This document shows positions 55,917 through 64,000 of a stretch of 64,000 bases of DNA, in pieces. Within the stretch, counting starts at the first letter, position 1, and every line of letters starts with the position of its first letter. The DNA is from Thermodesulfobacteriota bacterium (GTDB lineage Bacteria; Desulfobacterota_D; UBA1144; Nemesobacterales; UBA2774). The notes under the pieces were generated by a model. That model had not been told where the DNA came from and did no database searches. It worked only from the letters and a program-made list of their open reading frames with translations. Made by a program: the position numbers and the translations under genes. The stretch spans positions 64,001-128,000 of the forward strand of contig OZ244991.1 of the NCBI GenBank assembly GCA_965223335.1. The letters are read 5' to 3'.

Positions 55917-57167
55917 ATGAGACCATACTACCCACGAACACTAATTTTTTTTATACTCGTAGCTGCCGTTCTTATTAGCTCAGAGACCCGCGCCCAAGAG
56001 CCCGAGATTCTCTCTCTCGACGATGCCATTGCCAACACGCTCAGCAATAATTCGGGTTTAATCAGCTCCGAGGCCTCTATGGAAGCCTCAATGGCACTCG
56101 TAAAAGAGGCCAAATCCCCTTATTACCCCGAAGTCACGTCGAGAATCATCGTACCGTTTATAGGCAGAGAGTCCGGATTTAGCCTAGAACAGTTGATTTG
56201 GGACTTCGGGCGTACATCAAACCGAGTAAAAGCCAGGAAGGCCGAGCTCAAATCGTCCAAATTCGAGCAGCAGATCACCAAAGACGACCTAATACTGAGC
56301 ACAAAGGTCTACTACTACACCGTTCTAGCCGAAAACCACATACTCGAGGCAGCCAAACTAAAAGTCGAGGAGTATGAACGCAGGCTAGAACAGGCAGAGG
56401 GCTTCCACAAGCACGGCAGAATATCGGACATCGACCTCACAAAATCAGAGGTAAACCTTGGCAATGTAAAGCTAGACTACATACAAGCTAAAAACAACCT
56501 ATCAATTGCAGAGATCGATCTGATGACGGTGATGGGTGTCGGGGGCGATTTCAACTACAAACTCATAGACGACACCCAGTACGAGATCGTGAGCTTCGAA
56601 ATTACAGAGCTTGTGAACCAAGCCATCGAGCAGAGACCCGATTTAAAGAGCCTAAGGGCTCTTGAAGATGCGTCTCGAGCCAACCTGGAAGCTGCAAAAA
56701 AAGAGTTTTACCCCACACTATTTGGCCGCGCCGCATACAGATTTGAAGGAGAGGGGGCACAAACACCCGGGTTTATAGCAGGTGTAGGGTTTCGCTACCC
56801 CATATTCGAAGGTTTCTCCAAACTTGCCCGTGTAGAAGAACAAAGGGCTAACCTAAAGCGAACCAAAGCCGATTTTAATGCAGCCAAATCAAATGTTGAA
56901 TCCGAGATAAAAAAGCTCTATTTAGACCTTTCTTACGCGATTGAGAGTATATATACTACCCAGAAGTCCAAGGACTCGGCCAAAAGGAGCTTGGAGTTGG
57001 CGGAAAACAGGTTCAAGCTGGGCAAAGCCTCTGAGGTTGAGCTAGCGGAATCAAGATCGATCTACACCCATACATTGGCTAACCACATGCAGGCACTCTA
57101 TAACTATAAGATCTCATTGGCTAAACTAAGAAATGCAATCGGAGAAACCGGGGAGTACGATGAATAA
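55917..57167 (+). CDS. TolC-family outer membrane protein
   Basis: Signal peptide, two OEP repeats ('YYP', 'FYP', 'PIFEG'); upstream of MacA/MacB-like genes. Confidence 0.85.
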   Translation: MRPYYPRTLIFFILVAAVLISSETRAQEPEILSLDDAIANTLSNNSGLISSEASMEASMALVKEAKSPYYPEVTSRIIVPFIGRESGFSLEQLIWDFGRTSNRVKARKAELKSSKFEQQITKDDLILSTKVYYYTVLAENHILEAAKLKVEEYERRLEQAEGFHKHGRISDIDLTKSEVNLGNVKLDYIQAKNNLSIAEIDLMTVMGVGGDFNYKLIDDTQYEIVSFEITELVNQAIEQRPDLKSLRALEDASRANLEAAKKEFYPTLFGRAAYRFEGEGAQTPGFIAGVGFRYPIFEGFSKLARVEEQRANLKRTKADFNAAKSNVESEIKKLYLDLSYAIESIYTTQKSKDSAKRSLELAENRFKLGKASEVELAESRSIYTHTLANHMQALYNYKISLAKLRNAIGETGEYDE

Positions 57168-58296
57168 GAAACTGCTCATACTGCTGGGCGCAATACTGGT
57201 CATCGCATACTTAGCTCTGCGCTTGTTTGGCGGGAGTGAAGAGCAGATAGTCTACAGAACCGCTACGGTGCAAAAAGGCGATATCACATCATATGTCACC
57301 GCAACCGGCAGCATTAATCCCACAACAAAGATAAATGTAACGAGCAAGGTCACGGGCACAGTAAAAGAGATCTACGTTGATTATAACTCCGCGGTCAAAA
57401 GCGGAGAGCCCCTGGCCGAGATCGACCCCACCCCCTTTGCTTCAGACAAAAAGAAGGCCGCGGCCGACCTACGCAAAGCCGAGGCCGAGTACTCAGAAGC
57501 CAACCTGGTGTTTAGTACCAATAAGGAGCTATATGACTCGAGACTCATATCGAAAGAGGAGTACGTAGCCTCAAGTGCTAGGCGCAACTCCGCTCTAGCC
57601 GCACTTGATCAAGCCAAGGCCACACTGGAATCGGCCCAATCGAACCTAGAAGACAGCACTATACGCTCTCCACTTGACGGTGTTGTGTTGTCTGTGTTCG
57701 TAGAGATCGGGGAATCCGTAACCGCTAGGAAAGAGACCCTGTTTACTGTGTCTAAACAACTCGATGTAATGAAGATAAATACCCATGTGAGTGAGGCCGA
57801 TATAGGCCAGATCAAAGAGGGCCAGCATGTCACATTCACAGTTGATACATACCCCAACAAGAGTTTTGAAGGCAGAGTGGAGCAAATTCGTAACGACCCC
57901 ATCTCAGACAACAATATCGTTAGCTACGATGTGATTGTTAAAACCGAAAATACTGAGAACAAACTCAAACCCGGCATGACCGCTGATGTAAAGATCCTAG
58001 CAACAGATAAAAAGGATGTCGTGCGTATCCCCACCTCTGCACTCAGGTTTATCCCCCCTACCACAGCCCTAATCGAACAAGGATCATTGGATATGGGTGA
58101 AACACCACATGTTTGGGTCAGCGAGGAAAACGGCCAGTTAAAAGCCATTGCCGTCGACACAGGAGCAAGCGATGGTGAGTACACCGAAATTACCAATAAC
58201 AGTTTAGAGCTGGGGCAAACCATCATCACAGACGCAGAGCTAAAGCAAGGCTCAGACGGCGGAGGCCTGCCCCTTCCTCAACCCAGGAGGTTTTAG
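57160..58296 (+). CDS. MacA-like periplasmic adaptor (start reassigned to ATG 57160)
   Basis: 'ATGSINP', 'IYVDYNS.VK.G..LAEIDP', 'IRSPLDGVV', 'SEADIG', 'LKPGMTA'. Confidence 0.9.
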   Translation: MNKKLLILLGAILVIAYLALRLFGGSEEQIVYRTATVQKGDITSYVTATGSINPTTKINVTSKVTGTVKEIYVDYNSAVKSGEPLAEIDPTPFASDKKKAAADLRKAEAEYSEANLVFSTNKELYDSRLISKEEYVASSARRNSALAALDQAKATLESAQSNLEDSTIRSPLDGVVLSVFVEIGESVTARKETLFTVSKQLDVMKINTHVSEADIGQIKEGQHVTFTVDTYPNKSFEGRVEQIRNDPISDNNIVSYDVIVKTENTENKLKPGMTADVKILATDKKDVVRIPTSALRFIPPTTALIEQGSLDMGETPHVWVSEENGQLKAIAVDTGASDGEYTEITNNSLELGQTIITDAELKQGSDGGGLPLPQPRRF

Positions 58297-58299
58297 GCC

Positions 58300-58989
58300 T
58301 TGGGTGAAGTTATCGTAGCGGACAACGTCTCTAAGATCTACGACCTGGGTGACGTAAAGGTAAACGCTCTAAAGGGTATCACTCTTAGAATTAGCGAGGG
58401 TGAGTTCATCTCTATAATGGGTGCATCGGGCTCGGGGAAAAGTACTTTTATGAACATATTGGGCTGCTTGGATAAACCGACCTCGGGCAGCTACTACCTG
58501 GATAACACAGAGGTATCCACACTAGACACAGACGAGCTTGCGGAAATAAGAAACAAGAAGATTGGATTTGTGTTCCAAAACTTTAACCTGCTTGCCAGGG
58601 CAACCGCTCTTGAGAACGTCGAGCTGCCACTCATATACGACGATATCCCATCGGACACAAGAAAGAAACGCGCCCGTGAGGCACTGGGGATGGTAGGGCT
58701 TTCGGACAGGGAAAATCATTTCCCCACGCAACTCTCGGGTGGGCAGCAGCAACGTGTCGCCATTGCAAGGGCTATGGTAAACGACCCTAGCATTGTATTG
58801 GCCGACGAGCCCACAGGCAACCTCGACTCGGAGATGAGCGAGGAGATAATGGGGATAATAAGCCGCCTTAACACTCAAGGTAAAACCATAATCATAATCA
58901 CTCATGAACCCGAGATTGCCGAGTTCACTAAACGCAACGTTGTTTTTAAAGACGGACTAATATCCAAAGAGGCAATTAAAAAACATTAA
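58300..58989 (+). CDS. MacB/LolD-like ABC ATP-binding protein
   Basis: GASGSGKST, '[11 protein letters not shown]', [13 protein letters not shown], 'ADEPTGNLD'. Confidence 0.92.
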   Translation: MGEVIVADNVSKIYDLGDVKVNALKGITLRISEGEFISIMGASGSGKSTFMNILGCLDKPTSGSYYLDNTEVSTLDTDELAEIRNKKIGFVFQNFNLLARATALENVELPLIYDDIPSDTRKKRAREALGMVGLSDRENHFPTQLSGGQQQRVAIARAMVNDPSIVLADEPTGNLDSEMSEEIMGIISRLNTQGKTIIIITHEPEIAEFTKRNVVFKDGLISKEAIKKH

Positions 58990-59025
58990 AAGCATACAGC
59001 TCCGTAGATTCTGTAAACAAACATT

Positions 59026-60213
59026 ATGAACCCTATCTCGGCACTCAAGGTTTCTTACCAGGCAATCAAGTCAAATAAGATCCGCTCAATACTAACCACT
59101 CTGGGCATCATTATCGGTGTGGCTGCTGTGATCTCACTCGTGGCGGTGACCGAGGGGGCAAAGAAGATGATTGAGGACGAGCTCACCAGCCTGGGCGGCA
59201 AGTCACTGTTTGTAAATCCGGGGAAAAGGGGAGTGGGGCGCCAGGACGATGCCGTTATACTCACCGCAGAGGATGCTAAGGCGATTGAGAAACTGCCCAT
59301 AGTCCAGTACGTGTCCCCTACCCTTGACGACGCCGACCAGATAATATGGGGTAACCGCAACTGGTTCACCGTCATCCTAGGAGCCTCCTCCGATTTCGTC
59401 AATATAAACGATTGGTTCCCCAGAAGCGGCAGCTTCTTTAACACACGCGACATCGAGTCGGCAGCAAGGGTTGCTGTACTCGGCGAGACAGTGGCCAAAA
59501 ACCTATTCGGATTCAACAACCCCGTAGGAAAAACAGTTAGAATTGGCAAAAACTCCTTTAGGGTCATTGGGGTGATGAGCCAGATAGGCCAGACCACAAG
59601 CGGGAAGGACCAGGACGATATAATCATAATCCCCTACACCACGTTCCAAAAACGTATATCGGGCTCAAACACGGTGGAAACAATATCCCTTTCGGTAAAA
59701 GACCCCGAGAAAGTTAACATCGCAGAGGCCGAGATTACAGAACTCATCAAATCCAGGCATAACGGCGGTAGTTTTTATGTAAAAACCCAGCAGGACGTTA
59801 TTAAGCGTATATTCACTATCTCGAAAATCATGACCATACTGCTCGGGAGTATTGCGTCCATATCATTAGTCGTTGGCGGGATCGGGATCATGAACATCAT
59901 GCTCGTCTCAGTTGGGGAAAGGACCAAGGAGATAGGTATTAGGATGGCTGTGGGTGCTAGGGAGCGCGACATTCTCACCCAGTTTTTGATCGAGGCAATA
60001 CTGCTCTCTCTCGTAGGTGGGCTCATAGGGATCTTTATTGGAATAATAGGCTCCAACATTGCGTCCAATATCACAGGGTGGCCAGCTGTGATCTCGCCCT
60101 TATCCATTATAATTGCGTTCGGTTTCTCTGCCGCTATTGGAATATTCTTTGGGATTTACCCTGCTAGGAAAGCATCTAAGCTCGACCCGATCGAGGCACT
60201 GAGATACGAATAA
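59026..60213 (+). CDS. MacB-like ABC permease (FtsX family)
   Basis: 'NKIRSILTTLGIIIGVA', 'VGGIGIMNIMLVSV.ERTKEIGIR', 'LDPIEALRYE'. Confidence 0.93.
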   Translation: MNPISALKVSYQAIKSNKIRSILTTLGIIIGVAAVISLVAVTEGAKKMIEDELTSLGGKSLFVNPGKRGVGRQDDAVILTAEDAKAIEKLPIVQYVSPTLDDADQIIWGNRNWFTVILGASSDFVNINDWFPRSGSFFNTRDIESAARVAVLGETVAKNLFGFNNPVGKTVRIGKNSFRVIGVMSQIGQTTSGKDQDDIIIIPYTTFQKRISGSNTVETISLSVKDPEKVNIAEAEITELIKSRHNGGSFYVKTQQDVIKRIFTISKIMTILLGSIASISLVVGGIGIMNIMLVSVGERTKEIGIRMAVGARERDILTQFLIEAILLSLVGGLIGIFIGIIGSNIASNITGWPAVISPLSIIIAFGFSAAIGIFFGIYPARKASKLDPIEALRYE

Positions 60214-60249
60214 CTATACTTTTTAGCAGACAGTTAGGTGAACTAGGTT

Positions 60250-62064
60250 TTAAAACTCGATCTGTCCAAACCCGTCCCCACCGAGACCAATGTCCTCAAT
60301 TAAGTCCCCGTCTACATCCCCTATAAAGCTTACATTTAGCCCAAGCCCGGTTTGTCCCATGTTGGCATTTATTATTACTTCTGCATTAGACGCCGCTACT
60401 GTAGCCGGCAGGTTGTCCCTGCCAAAGAACAGATAGAACGTCCCGGTTTCTGTGCCCGGAGCACCCACTCCCACATCAGCGTTGGTAATCTGGAGGTCGA
60501 GCACCGTTGCGGTAGATCGGTCCCGTGTCTCTACCACCGGGGTTACAAAATCATAGACCTGCACAGACTGCCCAAACAGATCCCCCTCGTTAGTACCCTG
60601 GAACACGGTTGATGAAGCGGGCATAGTACCGTTTTGATTGGCATCGTCGATTGCCTGACCCGAATACAAGAACACGGAACCGGTGTCGTTATTAGCCCCG
60701 GGTGCGCCCACAACCACATCCGACAACCCCTCTCCATCGTCGTCCACATCCCCTCCCGACAGGCTTGTACCAAAACCGGCTGCACCGCTCTGCTCAAGTA
60801 TCACTACATCGGTCAGGTCCACTGATAGGTCCTGGCTCTGGACGTTGCTTTTCCCGAATATCACATATGCCTTATTTGCTCCGGGGGCACCCACACCCAG
60901 GTCATCACGGTTGTTGTTGTCCACCTCACCCACACCTGCAACATCGAACCCAAACAAATTTCCCTGGGCCTGCCCAGTGTAAACAGCCTGGGCATCCCCT
61001 GCACTGTTGGGTCCGTCAATGTTTAGGTTACGTCCCTTAAACACATAGGCCTTTCCTGTGTTTGCCAATGCGTTAGGGGCCCCTGCGAGAAATACTCCCC
61101 TGCCGTCTGTTATGCCGTCTCCGTCTCCTACCGAGAACCCGAAATTATCGCCGGGGTTCTCACCCGTTATCTCAATACGCGATTCACTGCCGTTTATTAG
61201 ATCAATCACACTTGGTAGCGCAGAGCTCCCGAACACGACATATACTTTGCCCCTGCCGCTGTCGAACCCCGGTGCACCTATGACCAACTCCTGCGCATCC
61301 CGGTTACCGTCAAAATCAACAATACCCGCCACCGACGCCCCGAACTGATCCGATGCGTTCCCGATTATGGTTACGTCTGCCTCTGATACGTCTATTGAGC
61401 CCATACTGCCTTCAGTGATATCCTGTCGCCCGAAAAATATATACACTCTCCCCACACACGGATCACCAATCGCGATATCGTTAAAAGGAATATTATCGTC
61501 GTCAAGTCCCGCATCGAAGTTGCCACCCGTGACCGATGCTCCGAGGCATGTGCCCTGCTCGGTGCTTAGATATTGCACGGGGCTCAGAATCGTGTTGACC
61601 TCAACCACGTTTGAGGGCCTGGACGAGTTGCCTACTTCGTCGTTTGTACGAATCGCATAGTAATAATTAATAGTGCCAGAGATATCTAGCCTGGGTGGCA
61701 GGAAGCTCTGTGGACTGCCTGCTACGTCGGGTGACTGAAAGTCCGGGATCTGGGTCGCGATATCGAAATTGTTCTGGACCGCTTGTTCTATATCAGAAAA
61801 TGGTACTCCGTCAAGTGACGGTACACCCAGAATCTCAGCAACCTGGGTGTCCTCCAAGTACCTCACAAAATATATCGTTGCCTTACCCGAGTTGCCGTCA
61901 TCTCCCGGAGCCGTCCAGCTAAGGATCCTGTTGAGAGGGTCAAACGACAGGTCCTCTATCTGAGCGGGCGGGGTCCCGTCGCCCACACTGCACGATAGCC
62001 CAAATAATAAAAACGCTAGACACAGAGCTAGCGTCGGCAGTCTAAATACCATTTTCATTTTCAT
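60250..62064 (-). CDS. Lipoprotein with FN3-like domain and FG-GAP (integrin-alpha-like) repeats
   Basis: Lipobox 'GLSC'; 'WTAPGDDG'; repeated 'FG...D.D.D...D..(V/I)GAPG...G.(V/A)Y(V/L)(F/Y).G'. Confidence 0.85.
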   Translation of the reverse strand: MKMKMVFRLPTLALCLAFLLFGLSCSVGDGTPPAQIEDLSFDPLNRILSWTAPGDDGNSGKATIYFVRYLEDTQVAEILGVPSLDGVPFSDIEQAVQNNFDIATQIPDFQSPDVAGSPQSFLPPRLDISGTINYYYAIRTNDEVGNSSRPSNVVEVNTILSPVQYLSTEQGTCLGASVTGGNFDAGLDDDNIPFNDIAIGDPCVGRVYIFFGRQDITEGSMGSIDVSEADVTIIGNASDQFGASVAGIVDFDGNRDAQELVIGAPGFDSGRGKVYVVFGSSALPSVIDLINGSESRIEITGENPGDNFGFSVGDGDGITDGRGVFLAGAPNALANTGKAYVFKGRNLNIDGPNSAGDAQAVYTGQAQGNLFGFDVAGVGEVDNNNRDDLGVGAPGANKAYVIFGKSNVQSQDLSVDLTDVVILEQSGAAGFGTSLSGGDVDDDGEGLSDVVVGAPGANNDTGSVFLYSGQAIDDANQNGTMPASSTVFQGTNEGDLFGQSVQVYDFVTPVVETRDRSTATVLDLQITNADVGVGAPGTETGTFYLFFGRDNLPATVAASNAEVIINANMGQTGLGLNVSFIGDVDGDLIEDIGLGGDGFGQIEF

Positions 62065-62200
62065 ATATTATGTCCTTATCCGCCTTTACTTAAATCATAG
62101 GAGTGTACCGAACAAATATAAATAATCCAAAACCCTCGCGGCAAGAAAATTTGATAGCTCCCAAGCCTTATGGTAATTTCCATCATCCAAAACCTGTTAA

Positions 62201-63490
<1,290 letters not shown>

Positions 63491-63594
63491 CTGCTACACA
63501 GGTTAATGTAGCCGTCGGCACTAAGGACGCACCGGAATTAATGCACATTTTTTCCGTGTATAATATTAATATTATTTAAAAAGAGGAAGTTAAC

Positions 63595-64000
63595 ATGTCA
63601 GCTACTACACTGTTTGAAAAAATATGGCAATCTCACGTCGTATATGAAGAAACGGATCGACCCACACTGATCTATATAGACCTGCATTTGGTGCACGAAG
63701 TCACCTCACCGCAGGCATTCGAGGGTCTAAGGCTTGCCAACAGACGAGTTCGCAGACCCGACCTCACATTTGCCACCAAGGATCACAATGTACCTACCAC
63801 CGACAGGTCATTGCCCATCGAAGACCCTATATCGGCCAAGCAGATGGAGGTACTGCGGGAGAACTGCGAAGAGTTCGGGATCACTCTTTTCGGCCTCACC
63901 ATAAATCCAGACGACCAGGGGATCGTGCACGTTATTGGCCCCGAGCTCGGGCTTACTAAGCCCGGCATGACAATAGTATGCGGCGACAGCCACACCTCAA
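63595..64000 (+). CDS. leuC: 3-isopropylmalate dehydratase large subunit (3' truncated; absent from ORF track)
   Basis: Hand translation [69 protein letters not shown]. Confidence 0.95.
   Translation, partial: MSATTLFEKIWQSHVVYEETDRPTLIYIDLHLVHEVTSPQAFEGLRLANRRVRRPDLTFATKDHNVPTTDRSLPIEDPISAKQMEVLRENCEEFGITLFGLTINPDDQGIVHVIGPELGLTKPGMTIVCGDSHTS

Noticed and set aside
63783..63995. Minus-strand ORFs at the window end
   Set aside because: Antisense to the clearly recognisable partial leuC.

Overview
A gene-dense, mostly core-genome bacterial chromosome segment with about 60 CDS. I recognised no rRNA, tRNA, CRISPR array, prophage or transposase. Protein style suggests a deltaproteobacteria-like lineage (weak inference). 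Housekeeping content: pstA/pstB, the rimP-nusA-infB-DUF503-rbfA-nrnA-truB-rpsO-pnp-miaA cluster, uvrB, efp, yacG, gmhA, mutL, ispG, topA, dprA, hemW, eno and a partial leuC. Accessory content: a CusCBA-type Cu/Ag RND efflux operon with a monoheme cytochrome c, two cytochrome c maturation gene pairs, a fused trehalose-6-P synthase/phosphatase, a GAF-GAF-GGDEF cyclase, an ECF sigma/zinc anti-sigma/Spy-like triplet, a TolC-MacAB-type exporter, two atypical LuxR regulators around ugd, an FG-GAP lipoprotein and a secreted Gly/His/Tyr/Lys repeat protein. Best leads: (1) a Cys/His- and DPPD-containing leader ORF plus a structured spacer in front of cusCBA, a candidate metal-sensing attenuator; (2) a promoter-like motif, GAYGCAACT-N17-GTTWATAWT, shared by the ECF operon and the His-rich gene 32 kb away, a candidate regulon; (3) EF-P with loop KMAQRSA instead of KPGKG; (4) a probable ATA start for truB; (5) an uncalled 58-aa membrane ORF. 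All calls come from motif recognition by eye; no database search was run.
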